A stretch of 64,000 nt of DNA from Bacilli bacterium (GCA_034185265.1 JAXFZD010000021.1:5734-69733), one strand, 5' to 3'. Positions 1-10,516 are shown, counted from the first letter of the stretch. Translations and numbers: made by a program. Notes: generated from the sequence alone by a model not told the origin.

Positions 1-596
1 GTAAAACAACATTACTTTCATTGCTGCTTCGTTTCTACGATGTAGATTCAGGAGAGATAAGTATAAACAATATTTCAGTAAAAGATGTTCTTATTTCTTC
101 TTTAAGAAGTCATTTAGGTATGGTTTTACAAGAGAATTTTATATTCTCCGCATCATTAAGAGAGAATATAACTCTTGGAGAAAATTATACCGACAAAGAA
201 ATATTAAATGCCTTAAAAGAAGTCGATGCAGTCTCTATTTATCAAAGTCTACCTAATGGATTAGATTCTCTAATTTCTGATGAAGGAGATCTTTCATTTG
301 GGCAGAAACAACTTATTTCTCTTGCTAGAATCGTACTTTTCAATCCTGAAGTAATTATTTTAGATGAAGCAACATCTAATATTGATATAAGAAGTGAACT
401 ACTTATCACGAAGTCTTTAAATAGAATTATGAGAGGTAGGACTTCTGTTATCGTCGCCCATAGATTATCTACCATTAAAGATGCTGACCAAATTCTAGTT
501 ATTAAAGATGGAGTTGTATCTCAAAAAGGATCCTTCAAAGAGCTTTTATCAGCAGAAGGTGAATTTAAGGATATTTATAATTCTCAATTTGCTTAA
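1..596 (+). CDS. ABC exporter, C-terminal ATP-binding domain (5'-partial, continues upstream of window)
   Basis: Frame 3 is open from the window edge. It reads ..KTTLLSLLLRFYD (tail of Walker A GKTT), then the signature-like LSFGQKQ and Walker B VIILDEATSNID, then an H-loop AHRLST. The ORF-track start at 21 (TTG) is an artefact of the window edge. Confidence 0.9.
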   Translation, partial: KTTLLSLLLRFYDVDSGEISINNISVKDVLISSLRSHLGMVLQENFIFSASLRENITLGENYTDKEILNALKEVDAVSIYQSLPNGLDSLISDEGDLSFGQKQLISLARIVLFNPEVIILDEATSNIDIRSELLITKSLNRIMRGRTSVIVAHRLSTIKDADQILVIKDGVVSQKGSFKELLSAEGEFKDIYNSQFA

Positions 597-1055
597 TCAC
601 CAAGATATATTTTTACATAGCCCTGGCTTAATATATTTTCGAAGCATGATAGAAGATTCGTTGAACTCATTTATGCTTAAAAAATTGAATTTTTCAAAAA
701 AATATCTGCAATTTGAAGGTTTTTTGATTAAAAATGAATACGTTTTATAGTTGGATAGAAGTGAATTTAATAGTTCACTTCCGTAATGTTTGTTCCTTAG
801 ATTCTCATTTATAAAGATATATTTAAGAGCAATAAGGGAGTCGTTTTCGATGCCTAAAGAGAATAAGAAATTAAAATATTCTTTGTTCGAAGTAAAACCA
901 AATTCTTTCTCTATGTCAAAAGAAAAAACTAAATATCCTATAGGTAATTTTTCTTTGTAGACAATTAGAACATTCAATTCATCTTGACTAGAAAGACATT
1001 CGCAGTCAAATAAACTACTTAGCTCTTGAATATTACTTTTAGAAATTCTAATCAT
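597..1055 (-). CDS. putative GNAT-family N-acetyltransferase
   Basis: 152 aa. It has a motif-A-like segment, FINENLRNKHYGSELLNSLL (the R/Q-x-x-G-x-G/A region), and a size typical of GNAT. The match is weak. Confidence 0.4.
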   Translation of the reverse strand: MIRISKSNIQELSSLFDCECLSSQDELNVLIVYKEKLPIGYLVFSFDIEKEFGFTSNKEYFNFLFSLGIENDSLIALKYIFINENLRNKHYGSELLNSLLSNYKTYSFLIKKPSNCRYFFEKFNFLSINEFNESSIMLRKYIKPGLCKNISW

Positions 1056-1104
1056 TATTTAATTATTTTATATCTAAAAAAATAATTATATATATAATTC
1101 TTTT

Positions 1105-1593
1105 ATGGAAAAAATAGAGATATATTCAACTCTTGCTTACATAAAAAAAGATGACTCTTATTTATTTCTTTATAGGAACAAAAAAGAAAATGATTTAAAT
1201 AAGAATAAATATGTTGGAATTGGGGGAAAGCTAGAGAAGGGTGAATCCTATATAGCTTGCTTAAAAAGAGAAGTTAAAGAGGAAACAAACCTAGATATTA
1301 AGAAATATAGATATTTAGGAAAAATTGACTTCCTAAACACTAAATATCCAAAAGAAAGAATGTATCTATTTGTGATTTTAGAAACTGAAGGAGAAATTTC
1401 TCCTTGTAATGAAGGAGAATTAGTCTGGGTAAACAAAGAAGATATAAACAAGCTTAATTTATGGGAAGGAGATAAAATATTCGTCCCATATTTAGAATCA
1501 GATAAGAGATTTTATCTAAGACTGAATTATGAAGGAGACACTTTAGTTAGCTATATAGGTCCAATATTTAAGGAGACGAGCAATGAAAGATAA
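1105..1593 (+). CDS. NUDIX hydrolase (MutT/8-oxo-dGTPase-like)
   Basis: Nudix box GGKLEKGESYIACLKREVKEETNL (G-x5-E-x7-REUxEExGU). Confidence 0.85.
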   Translation: MEKIEIYSTLAYIKKDDSYLFLYRNKKENDLNKNKYVGIGGKLEKGESYIACLKREVKEETNLDIKKYRYLGKIDFLNTKYPKERMYLFVILETEGEISPCNEGELVWVNKEDINKLNLWEGDKIFVPYLESDKRFYLRLNYEGDTLVSYIGPIFKETSNER

Positions 1594-2188
1594 TGAGAAA
1601 ACTGTTTCAATTGATCAATTAAAGTTATTAGATTTTGCAACGCTATTTGGCGTAATTATTAAAGCTTTAGATGATGAAGATAAAAGAATAAATGCTAATC
1701 AGTTACATTCTATAGAAACAATAGTGCTTTTAGCTTCTTCAATCATGCTTCCAAAAGGAATGAGCGAAGAATTCTGGTCTTCAGCAATCTTATCTATTGC
1801 CGATGCTTTATATTTTAGAACCCTAGCTTCAGGATCTGCCAGACCTATAATTCTTCCTCCATGGGACGAACAAGATCATTATAAAGAGGATTGCCATCAA
1901 TTTACTGATGCATTTTTTATTCTTTATGGATGGAAACTAGCTTTTAATGACGAAAAGCAGATAGACTTCTCTGATTATTTGGGTGCAATTTTTACTTTTT
2001 CGGGAGTTGTTCTAGAAGGAATTTATAGAGGATATCATCAAGAAGATGAGAATATGAAAACTCTTTATAAGAATTTTTTAGAGTCGTATAGAAGTACAGT
2101 AAAAGCTGAGGATAAAGATAGAGATTTGACTATGAAACTAGATGCGATTAACTCGTTAGTTAATCAATATATTGAGTTAAGGAATTAA
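1583..2188 (+). CDS. hypothetical protein
   Basis: 201-aa ORF that overlaps the NUDIX stop by 11 nt, which suggests coupling. No motif recognised. Confidence 0.5.
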   Translation: MKDNEKTVSIDQLKLLDFATLFGVIIKALDDEDKRINANQLHSIETIVLLASSIMLPKGMSEEFWSSAILSIADALYFRTLASGSARPIILPPWDEQDHYKEDCHQFTDAFFILYGWKLAFNDEKQIDFSDYLGAIFTFSGVVLEGIYRGYHQEDENMKTLYKNFLESYRSTVKAEDKDRDLTMKLDAINSLVNQYIELRN

Positions 2189-2250
2189 TTCTTTGAGCAT
2201 ATAGAAAGAAAAATTTGACAGACAAGATATAATATCTAAAAGGAAAAGCT

Positions 2251-4053
2251 ATGGAATTTAATAAGAAATATTTAGTTAGATTAAGAGAAGAAATGGCTAA
2301 AAATGGCCTCAAATCATATTTAGTTGTAACAGGAGATCCTCATTCTTCTGAAGAACCAGCTGAATATTTTAGAGATGAAAGAGCTGCTTTATGTCCTTTT
2401 ACAGGTGACAATGCTTTACTTTTAGTCTTAGAAAATGAAGCTTACTTATGGGTTGATGGAAGATTCTTTATATCTGCTGAAAAAGAACTTTCAGGAAGTG
2501 ATATTAAGATGATGAAGATGGATACCAAAGGATATCCAGACATAGAAGAATTCTTAAAAGAAGAGAATTGTTTCCCACTTGGCACAGATTTTTCTGTTCT
2601 TCCATTTAACTTTTATGAGAAGTTAAAAGAAATTGGCAAAGTTATCGATTATAGATTCTCCAAACTCTTGGATAAGAGAACTCCTTTATGCGATTCTAAG
2701 TTAATTGATTTTGATAAAGAAGAATTCCAAAAGTATAGTGCCGCAGAAAAAATAGATCTTATTCAAGAAGATTTAATCAAAGAAAGATTAGACGGATATT
2801 TATTTTCTAGTTTAGATGATATTGCCTGGATAACTAACTTTAGAGGAAATGATGTTCCATTTACTCCACTGTTTTATTCTTTCTTATTTATCCCAGCAGA
2901 AGGCGATGTTCATTTATTTGTTAATCCTGCCCGTGTTGAGAATGAGTTAGAAGGATTTGTTATTCATCCTTATGAAGAAATTGCTGCTTTCTTGGAAGAA
3001 AGAAAAACTGAAGTAATTGGTGTCGATAAAGCCATTATCAATGCAGAACTCGGCTCAATTTTACAAAATTCGGTAGATATGTTATCTCCAGCAATGCTTA
3101 AAAAGGCTATAAAAAACGAAGTTGAAATAAGGAATATTATTCGTGCTCAAGAAGAAGATGGAGTGGCTTTATTGAAGTTTATTTATTTCCTATATTCAAA
3201 TTCCACAAAGAAAATTTCCGAACTTGAATTAGCTAAAATCCTAACCAATTTTAGAAAAGAAAATCCCCACTATTTATATGACTCTTTCCAACCTATAGTT
3301 GCTGTAAATGGCAATGCAGCTATGATGCATTATGCACCAAGTGAAAAAGATTTTAGTTATGTTAACTATGATACGTTAGAACTCCTTGTAGATTCTGGTG
3401 GACAGTATTTTGGGGGAACTACAGATACAACCAGAACATTTCTTCTTGGAGAACCAACAGATGAGTATATTCACGATTATACTTTAACTTTAAAATCCTT
3501 GATCGCTTTGTCTAAGGCTAGATTTATTGATGGTACAACAGGAAAACCTTTAGATATGCTAGCTAGAAATATCATGTGGAGAGAAGGACTTGACTATAAG
3601 TGTGGTACCGGCCACGGAGTTGGATATCTTTCCGTCGTTCACGAAGGGCCAAATAGCTTTAGATATAAATCAAAAACTCCATATTCAGCCAAATTAGACC
3701 TTCCTAACGTTCCAGGAAATGTCACAACAGTTGAACCTGGTGTATATAAAGAAGGAAAATACGGAATAAGAATTGAAAATAATTTATTAACCGTCGAAGA
3801 TCAGGTAACTTCAGATGGGACATTCTATAAATTCGAGACAATTACTTATGTTCCAATTGAATTAAAAGCAGTTGATTTCTCTTTATTAGATAAGGAAGAA
3901 GTAGATTGGATTAATTCATATCATAAATCAGTTTATAAACATCTATCTAAATATGTTGACGGAAATCTTAAGAAGTTCTTAAGAGATTTAACTCTGCCTG
4001 TTTTAAAAGATGTTAAGAAAATTTTATTAGTGAGAAATCCAAAATGCGAATAA
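2251..4053 (+). CDS. aminopeptidase P family protein (M24B, three-domain type)
   Basis: Intact M24 metal ligands: VDSGGQY..TTDTTRTF, GHGVGYLSVVHEGP, VEPGVY, IRIENN. RBS AAAGGAAAAG lies upstream. Confidence 0.85.
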   Translation: MEFNKKYLVRLREEMAKNGLKSYLVVTGDPHSSEEPAEYFRDERAALCPFTGDNALLLVLENEAYLWVDGRFFISAEKELSGSDIKMMKMDTKGYPDIEEFLKEENCFPLGTDFSVLPFNFYEKLKEIGKVIDYRFSKLLDKRTPLCDSKLIDFDKEEFQKYSAAEKIDLIQEDLIKERLDGYLFSSLDDIAWITNFRGNDVPFTPLFYSFLFIPAEGDVHLFVNPARVENELEGFVIHPYEEIAAFLEERKTEVIGVDKAIINAELGSILQNSVDMLSPAMLKKAIKNEVEIRNIIRAQEEDGVALLKFIYFLYSNSTKKISELELAKILTNFRKENPHYLYDSFQPIVAVNGNAAMMHYAPSEKDFSYVNYDTLELLVDSGGQYFGGTTDTTRTFLLGEPTDEYIHDYTLTLKSLIALSKARFIDGTTGKPLDMLARNIMWREGLDYKCGTGHGVGYLSVVHEGPNSFRYKSKTPYSAKLDLPNVPGNVTTVEPGVYKEGKYGIRIENNLLTVEDQVTSDGTFYKFETITYVPIELKAVDFSLLDKEEVDWINSYHKSVYKHLSKYVDGNLKKFLRDLTLPVLKDVKKILLVRNPKCE

Positions 4054-4880
4054 TAGAAGGCAAAAATTTTACTGATGAACGTTCTCTATTTAAGGAGAAA
4101 AATTTAGAAATTGTCAATTGCTCTTTTGATATTGGAGAATCTCCTTTGAAAGAGAGCATGAACATTTCTGCAAAAAAGTGCAAATTCTTGTATAAATATC
4201 CATTTTGGTATTCTTTCGATGTAACTATTTCTGATTGTGTTTTTGAAGAAATGAGTAGATCAGCAATTTGGTATTCTTCAAAAATGTTAATTAAAAATAC
4301 AATATTCAACGCACCAAAATTCTTTAGAAGAGCTAAAGATATTACGATTATTGATTCTACTTTTAGTAATGGAGACGAAACATTCTGGCAAAGTGAAAAT
4401 ATAAATGTTCGTAAAACTAAATTTAAAGGGAATTACGTCTTTAAAAATTGTAGAAATATCGTGATAGAGGACGTAACAATCGATGGTAATTATTCTTTTG
4501 ATGGGTCCATGAATATCGTTGTAAAGAATTGCATATTAAATAGTAAAGATGCTTTTTGGAATACTGAAAATGTTGTAGTCGAAAATAGCGTTATCAATGG
4601 CGAATATGTTGGATGGAATTCTAAAGATTTGATCTTTAAAAACTGCAAGATAATTTCCCATCAAGGATTTTGCTATATAGATGGTTTGACCTTGCTTAAT
4701 TGCGAAATTAATGAATCTGATCTGATTTTTGAATACTGTAAAAATATCAATGCTGATGTTAAGGGACACATTATTTCAATATTAAATCCAACTTCTGGTT
4801 CTATTATTTATGAAGAATGTGACGAGATCATTCTTAATCAGTATCACGAAAATGAAGGAATAGTTATTAAAAAAAGATGA
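4044..4880 (+). CDS. DUF3737-like beta-helix repeat protein
   Basis: The N-terminus MRIIEGKNFTDERSLF..ESPLKES..KYPFWY..SRSAIWYS..APKFFR..DETFW matches my recollection of the DUF3737 family. The start overlaps the upstream stop. Confidence 0.6.
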   Translation: MRIIEGKNFTDERSLFKEKNLEIVNCSFDIGESPLKESMNISAKKCKFLYKYPFWYSFDVTISDCVFEEMSRSAIWYSSKMLIKNTIFNAPKFFRRAKDITIIDSTFSNGDETFWQSENINVRKTKFKGNYVFKNCRNIVIEDVTIDGNYSFDGSMNIVVKNCILNSKDAFWNTENVVVENSVINGEYVGWNSKDLIFKNCKIISHQGFCYIDGLTLLNCEINESDLIFEYCKNINADVKGHIISILNPTSGSIIYEECDEIILNQYHENEGIVIKKR

Positions 4881-6040
4881 ACTCTTATTTTGATCAAAAA
4901 ATCGATAGAAGAAATACGAATTCTTATAAATGGGATGTTAAGGAAGGCGAACTTCCTCTTTCTATTGCCGATATGGATTTTAAAACTGCGCCTGAAATCA
5001 TCGATGATTTAAGGAAAATTATTGATAAAGGGGTTTATGGCTACTGTCAGCCTACAAAAGAATGGTTTGAGGCCTACAAAAGTTTTTATAGAGACTTACA
5101 CGGGCTAGATATAGAAGAAGATGAATTAATTTTTTCTACTGGTGTTGTTCCAACTATATCAAGTTCTGTTCGAGCTTTAACTGATGTTAATGATGGTGTT
5201 ATTGTTCTCCCGCCTGTTTATAACATTTTTTATAATTCGATAATTAATAACAAAAGAAAGGTAGTTGAAGTTCCTCTTCTTTTCGATGGAACTTCCTACA
5301 ATATTGATTTTGCTTCTTTAGAACTAGAAATGGCGAAAAAAGAAAACAGATTATTAATATTTTGTAATCCTGGAAATCCTGTTTCTAGGATATGGTCTAA
5401 AGAAGAACTAGAAAGATTAGTTGCGTTAGCTAGAAAATATTCAGTGATTATTCTTTCCGATGAGATTCATGGGGATATCACCAGGCCTGGAAAAGTTTAT
5501 TGTCCATTTTTTACGATAAATAGAGCAAAAGAAGTGGGTTTTGCGGCGATTTCGCCTACAAAATGCTTTAATTTAGCTGGAATTCAAACATCCGCAATAG
5601 TCATTAAAGATGAGAAAATTAGAACCAAAGTTGTTAGACAATTAAACACAGATGAGTGTGCAGAGCCAAATGTTCTCGCTATACAAGCTGCTATATCAGC
5701 TTTTACTAAAGGGAGAGAATTCTTGAAATCTTTAAACTCATATTTATTTGAAAATAGAGATTTCTTAGAAAAGTATATAAAAGAAAATATCCCTGAACTG
5801 GAAGTCATCCATGGCGATGCAACTTATTTAGTTTGGGTAAATATTGAGAAAACTAAGTTTTTATCAGATGAATTTGTTGAAGAGTTAAGAAAAGAAACCG
5901 GATTAATTGTTGCTTCAGGAGCGCACTATGGAAAAACAGGAGAGAAATTTATAAGAATTGCTGTTGCTGTTTCTAGAGATGTCTTGATTGACGGCTTAAA
6001 TAGATTAAAAAAATTCTGCGAGTCAATTAGATCTCGTTAA
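4877..6040 (+). CDS. MalY/PatB-type PLP-dependent C-S lyase (class I/II aminotransferase fold)
   Basis: The N-terminus FDQKIDRRNTNSYKWD is diagnostic for MalY/PatB, and there is a CNPGNP motif. ATGA overlap with the upstream gene. Confidence 0.85.
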   Translation: MNSYFDQKIDRRNTNSYKWDVKEGELPLSIADMDFKTAPEIIDDLRKIIDKGVYGYCQPTKEWFEAYKSFYRDLHGLDIEEDELIFSTGVVPTISSSVRALTDVNDGVIVLPPVYNIFYNSIINNKRKVVEVPLLFDGTSYNIDFASLELEMAKKENRLLIFCNPGNPVSRIWSKEELERLVALARKYSVIILSDEIHGDITRPGKVYCPFFTINRAKEVGFAAISPTKCFNLAGIQTSAIVIKDEKIRTKVVRQLNTDECAEPNVLAIQAAISAFTKGREFLKSLNSYLFENRDFLEKYIKENIPELEVIHGDATYLVWVNIEKTKFLSDEFVEELRKETGLIVASGAHYGKTGEKFIRIAVAVSRDVLIDGLNRLKKFCESIRSR

Positions 6041-6746
6041 TATTTATTTGATATTTTTTATTACAATAACCACAATTTATCTCGATTGTTTCATCGTTTT
6101 GAAATATTTCTTTCACTTTATCCTTAGGTAGACTTTTTAGGACTTTTACAAAGTGATTTTTTGAGCAGGAGCAAGAAATTTTATATTCGTGGTCAAGAGA
6201 TAATTTAAGATTAAGAAGAGATACATATTCTTCCAAACTTAGTTTTTCGTTTAAGACTGTATTTGATTCATTTTCGTTAAGTTCTGAAGATGGAAATCTT
6301 TCAAATTTGAATACACGTATGCCCTCTTTTTCATTTTTAGCCATGAAAAATGCTTCAACTAAATTGTTATCTTTTTTGAAGTCATTTCTAATTGAGCCAA
6401 ATAAATCATTATTTATGATATCTATATAATGTGTCGATTTTTCTTTTCCCTGAGTTGTAATTATTTCAATAAAAGAATTTTCCAAATCAAAAACTTTATA
6501 TGGATTTAGTGTGTAGCCAGTAAAGCGTTCATTAGATAAAAAGACCGATATTTTGTCTTCTTTATTTGAAAGGTTAATAGTGATTGCCAAATCATTTTTT
6601 TCTTGATCCAAAATAATAGCTAGGGCAAATAAAGAAGCACATAACTCAAAATTCTTTCCATAAGAAATAGGAGATAAATCTTCTTTAGATATATCAACAT
6701 ATGTCAAAAAGAGTGATTTTTTAAAATATTGTTTCTTTTGAATCAT
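6027..6746 (-). CDS. hslO: Hsp33-family redox chaperone (short form)
   Basis: The C-terminal zinc centre C-S-C-S..(x27)..C-G-Y-C (CSCSKNHF...INCGYCNKKY) is typical of Hsp33. At 239 aa it is shorter than the usual ~290 aa. Confidence 0.7.
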   Translation of the reverse strand: MIQKKQYFKKSLFLTYVDISKEDLSPISYGKNFELCASLFALAIILDQEKNDLAITINLSNKEDKISVFLSNERFTGYTLNPYKVFDLENSFIEIITTQGKEKSTHYIDIINNDLFGSIRNDFKKDNNLVEAFFMAKNEKEGIRVFKFERFPSSELNENESNTVLNEKLSLEEYVSLLNLKLSLDHEYKISCSCSKNHFVKVLKSLPKDKVKEIFQNDETIEINCGYCNKKYQININEI

Positions 6747-6747
6747 A

Positions 6748-7269
6748 TTAATGCGAATCGCTTAAGGTAAGTAAACTTTTGCATGGCAATCCAACAATTT
6801 CTTCGCCATGAAGTTCTTCTAAATTTATTAAGGTTAAACATCCAACAGGAATTGCTCTAGCTTCTTCAATCAAAGTTTTTAAAGCTTTGAAAGTTCCGCC
6901 TGTTGCCATTAAATCATCAACAAGAAGAACTCTATCTCCAGGTTTTATAGCGGAAGCTGGAACTTCTATTGTTGCTGTTCCATATTCTAATTGATAAGAG
7001 ACTTTTGTTGTAATCCCTGGAAGTTTCCCAGCTTTTCTAGCCATTACAAATCCAATTCCCATCTTATAAGCCATTGTTGACCCAAATAAGAATCCTCTGG
7101 ATTCAGGACCAATTATTAAAGTTGGTTTGAATTCTTCGGCTAGTTTGCACATTTCATCTATTGCAGCTTTATAAGCTTCAGGATTTTGTAGAAGTGGAGA
7201 AATATCTTTAAAACTAATCCCTTTTTTTGGGAAATCAGGTGTAACACCAATATATTTTTCAAAGTCCAT
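6748..7269 (-). CDS. apt: adenine phosphoribosyltransferase
   Basis: PRPP-binding VLLVDDLMATGGT. Typical Apt N-terminus (IGVTPDFPKKGISFKDISPLL) and 173-aa length. Confidence 0.95.
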   Translation of the reverse strand: MDFEKYIGVTPDFPKKGISFKDISPLLQNPEAYKAAIDEMCKLAEEFKPTLIIGPESRGFLFGSTMAYKMGIGFVMARKAGKLPGITTKVSYQLEYGTATIEVPASAIKPGDRVLLVDDLMATGGTFKALKTLIEEARAIPVGCLTLINLEELHGEEIVGLPCKSLLTLSDSH

Positions 7270-7448
7270 AGTTTAACCTCACCTAGAAATTATAATTTGT
7301 CGTTAATTATTCTCAATATAAATAGATGTTTTTTGAAATTCTTATATGAAAGAAATTTAGTAAGAAAATTATTGAGATTTAGACAATGTAAAAGAATGGA
7401 CCAAGAAGAATGTATAACATTTTGTTTTTACTAAAGTAAAATATAAAT

Positions 7449-8096
7449 ATGAAATACGAAAATTATGAAAATGTAATCGTACTGGATCATCCTTTAATTC
7501 AACATAAGGTTTCTATGTTAAGAAAAAAGGAAACCGGAACAAACGAATTTAGACATTTAGTTAAAGAAATTGCTGTTCTAGAAGGGTATGAAGCATTAAA
7601 AGATTTGCCTTTAGAATATTTAGATATAGAGACTCCTATTGAAAAATGTAAAGCTCCGTTCATTTCAGGAAAAAAGCTTTGCTTCGTGCCTATTTTAAGA
7701 GCTGGATTAGGAATGATAGATGGAATGATTGAACTTGTTCCTAGCGCAAAAGTTGGCCATATTGGCTTAAGTAGAGACGAAAAAACTCACATTCCTTATG
7801 AATATTATTGTAAGTTGCCTGATTCAATAGAAGATAGAGCAATTTACATTCTTGATCCTATGCTAGCAACTGGCGGAAGCGCAGTTGATGCTATCAAGAT
7901 GATTAAGAAACACGGAGGCAAGAATATTTACTTCATTTGTATTATTGCTGCTCCCGAGGGAATAAAGCACTTTAAAGAAAATTTCCCTGAAATTCCTCTT
8001 TATATTGCTGCTGTTGATAGAGAACTTAACGATAGAGCCTACATCTGTCCTGGATTAGGGGATGCAGGTGATAGAATATTTGGAACTTATAAATAA
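7449..8096 (+). CDS. upp: uracil phosphoribosyltransferase
   Basis: [17 protein letters not shown] and the C-terminal [13 protein letters not shown] are canonical Upp motifs. Confidence 0.95.
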   Translation: MKYENYENVIVLDHPLIQHKVSMLRKKETGTNEFRHLVKEIAVLEGYEALKDLPLEYLDIETPIEKCKAPFISGKKLCFVPILRAGLGMIDGMIELVPSAKVGHIGLSRDEKTHIPYEYYCKLPDSIEDRAIYILDPMLATGGSAVDAIKMIKKHGGKNIYFICIIAAPEGIKHFKENFPEIPLYIAAVDRELNDRAYICPGLGDAGDRIFGTYK

Positions 8097-8098
8097 TT

Positions 8099-9028
8099 AT
8101 GGAAAGAAAAGATATACTTTTATTTAGTTTGCATCCGGATTATCCATTAGGGAAAAATCTTTCTGCTGATTTGGATATTCCTATGTCACCGGTTCAAATA
8201 AATCATTTTGCTGATGGAGAAATTTTTGCAAAACCTCTAGTTAGCGTTAGAAATAAAGTTGTTATTGTTATTCAATCTTTATGTACTCCAGTTAACGAAA
8301 GAGTTATGGAGCTTCTTATCTTTACATCTGCTTGTAAATTAAACGGTGCTAAAGAAGTAATTCTAGTTTCCCCATACGTTCCTTATTCTAGACAAGATAG
8401 AATAATCAACGAAGGCGACCCGATTTCTGCAAAGCTTTTTGCTGATCTTCTTTCTAGCGCTGGAGTCGATACTTTAATTAGTGTTGATTTACATAATGCT
8501 TCAATTCCAGCCTATTTTAATTTCCCTGTAATTAACTTAAATCCTCTTCCTTTATTAGCTAAAAACTATAAAGAAATATTAGAAGAAAAAGGAATTCAAC
8601 TTCCTGATTTATGTATTGTTTCTCCTGATAAAGGAAGTATTAATAGAGCTAAAGTTTTCTCTTCTTTACTTCCAGGAAGCACAGTCGCATATATGGATAA
8701 ATATAGACCATCTCCAAACCACGCTTTAATTAAAGATTTGCATGGGGATGTAGATGGAAAATACTGTTTAATCGTTGATGATTTAATTGATACAGGTGGA
8801 ACAGTTATGGCTTGTTCAACTTGTTTAAAAGAGCATAATTCAAAAGATATTTTCGTTGGTGCAACCCACGGATTATTCTCTAATCAAGCAATCCAAAATC
8901 TTTATAGCGCATCAATTTCAAGTTTAGTTATATCTGATTCTTTAGATGTTCACCATGATGAAATTGAAAAATATACTTTATCTCCTTTATATGCAATGTA
9001 TCTAAAGGACTACTTGTATTTAGATTAA
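8099..9028 (+). CDS. prs: ribose-phosphate pyrophosphokinase
   Basis: FADGE, YSRQDR, DLH, VSPDKG and the PRPP loop VDDLIDTGGT. Confidence 0.85.
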   Translation: MERKDILLFSLHPDYPLGKNLSADLDIPMSPVQINHFADGEIFAKPLVSVRNKVVIVIQSLCTPVNERVMELLIFTSACKLNGAKEVILVSPYVPYSRQDRIINEGDPISAKLFADLLSSAGVDTLISVDLHNASIPAYFNFPVINLNPLPLLAKNYKEILEEKGIQLPDLCIVSPDKGSINRAKVFSSLLPGSTVAYMDKYRPSPNHALIKDLHGDVDGKYCLIVDDLIDTGGTVMACSTCLKEHNSKDIFVGATHGLFSNQAIQNLYSASISSLVISDSLDVHHDEIEKYTLSPLYAMYLKDYLYLD

Positions 9029-9057
9029 TATCTTTATTTATTAGAATAATAAAACGA

Positions 9058-9095
9058 CACTAAAGTTCCGTGTTTGACTTAGTGCCTTTTTATTT
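9058..9095 (+). terminator. putative rho-independent terminator after prs
   Basis: CACTAAAGT / ACTTAGTG stem (one bulge) with a 10-nt loop, followed by CCTTTTTATTTT. Confidence 0.45.
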
Positions 9096-9117
9096 TAATT
9101 GGTCTATAATACCGCAA

Positions 9118-9966
9118 ATGAGTGATAACAGGCTGATTGATTTTGGAAAGCGAATCAAATCTCTTAGAGAAAAGAATTCTTTATCTATTAATGAATTAGC
9201 TTTTCTTGTAGGAATTTCTCCTACATATTTAGTTTCAATTGAAAGCGGAGAAAAAACACCTGATATCGTATCAATTTCCTTATTTTCTCAAGTTCTAAAT
9301 GTATCTTTAGATTATTTACTAAATGGAAAAGAAAAATCTTCTGAAAGTTCTTTTACTTCTCTAAGTAAGAAATTTGGAACAATGGTTAAAGCCTATGAAC
9401 AAGTTGCTGATGAACATTATTGTAATTCCCCAGGATCTTTTTTAACTAATTGTTTAATCGCAGCAACATTATCTCTATTTAAAGAAAAAGTATCAGAAAA
9501 GAAGCTTCTTTCAATGATTTATGTAGGAAAATCCTTATCTAAATATGGACATTTTCCTTTAAATGCTAATAAAGTTTTTCTCCCAATTAAAAAGGATGAT
9601 TTAAACGAAGAAAATCACGAAGTAGTCGCATTTTGTTTTGGTGTAATTGCTTTTTATAATTACTCAAAAGATGAAATTGATGAATTCTTTAGAGCTTCTC
9701 TTCAAGCTAGCTTAATAGAATTTGATGAAATCGCTCAAGGAGTTCTTTTGGGGTATATTTTTCCAAAGGACAGTGCCTTAAAAAATTCAAAAAATATTAT
9801 CTATAAAAATAGAAATGACAAAACAATGGATTCAACGAGAATCTATTTAGAAAATATCTTCAGATACGTTAATGGAGTTTCTTATAAAATTGACCGTCTA
9901 CAAGAGAGTGTTTTAGATAATGTAGATGAAGAAAATATTATCAGATTATTGACAAATAAAGGCTAA
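9118..9966 (+). CDS. XRE-family HTH transcriptional regulator with a ~200-aa C-terminal helical domain
   Basis: HTH_3 pattern: IDFGKRIKSLREKNSLSINELAFLVGISPTYLVSIESGEKTPDIVSISLFSQVLNVSLDYLL. I prefer ATG 9118 over the track's GTG 9070, because the terminator hairpin occupies 9058-9095 and a TATAAT lies at 9105-9110. That TATAAT is only 7 nt from the ATG, so the mRNA may be leaderless. Confidence 0.75.
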   Translation: MSDNRLIDFGKRIKSLREKNSLSINELAFLVGISPTYLVSIESGEKTPDIVSISLFSQVLNVSLDYLLNGKEKSSESSFTSLSKKFGTMVKAYEQVADEHYCNSPGSFLTNCLIAATLSLFKEKVSEKKLLSMIYVGKSLSKYGHFPLNANKVFLPIKKDDLNEENHEVVAFCFGVIAFYNYSKDEIDEFFRASLQASLIEFDEIAQGVLLGYIFPKDSALKNSKNIIYKNRNDKTMDSTRIYLENIFRYVNGVSYKIDRLQESVLDNVDEENIIRLLTNKG

Positions 9967-10461
9967 ATACTCTGCAAAATCCGCCTCAATTAACGGAATT
10001 TCATCATTTTTGAATTGTGCTTTATTCAATAAATCTAGAATTGGAAATAGCTTAGATGTGTCAAGTTCTCTTATAGGAAATCTTTCCAGAACAGTTCCTT
10101 TGAATTCAATAAGAAACTTTTTATAAACTTCAAAATCAAATTTATCTATGTCTAAGGTTCTATAAGACGCTTCAGGGTATTTTTCTTTATCGAAAGAATG
10201 AGAGAGATTAATTAAATCTTTCCCTAAAGAGAATTCCTCGATTAGTTTTAAATCGATATAAGCTTTGACGTTATCTTTTATATGATTAAATTCATAAAGT
10301 TGAATTACAGCGGAAAAAAAGTTAGATAAATGAATAAAACATGCTCCTTGAGGAAGTTCACCTCTATATTTTTTAATAAAGGGTAAAAGAACTTCATCCT
10401 CAAATTCAATGTATAGATTTTTTGATTTTCTTAGATTTCTTTTTTGAGCGAAAGATAACAT
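9946..10461 (-). CDS. hypothetical protein
   Basis: 171-aa ORF convergent with the XRE gene (21-nt overlap). No motif recognised. Confidence 0.5.
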   Translation of the reverse strand: MLSFAQKRNLRKSKNLYIEFEDEVLLPFIKKYRGELPQGACFIHLSNFFSAVIQLYEFNHIKDNVKAYIDLKLIEEFSLGKDLINLSHSFDKEKYPEASYRTLDIDKFDFEVYKKFLIEFKGTVLERFPIRELDTSKLFPILDLLNKAQFKNDEIPLIEADFAEYLAFICQ

Positions 10462-10516
10462 GAATATATTATAAATGCTTTTGATAAATAATCTAATTTA
10501 CTTTAAGATAAAGAGG

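Noticed and set aside
242-750. ORFs 242..475 (-) and 508..750 (+) from the six-frame track
   Set aside because: They lie antisense or out of frame within the well-supported ABC-NBD and GNAT-like genes. They have low-complexity translations, no RBS and no motifs. They are shadow ORFs typical of AT-rich DNA.
9070-9117. Upstream-extended starts offered by the ORF track (GTG 9070; also 10475, 11481, 49920, 54968, 60882, 62092, 27805)
   Set aside because: In each case an internal ATG has a much better SD at proper spacing (for example GAGGAGG-8 nt-ATG at 11502 and AGGAGG at 54981-86). Alternatively the extension runs through a terminator or promoter, or the conserved N-terminus of the family begins at the internal Met.
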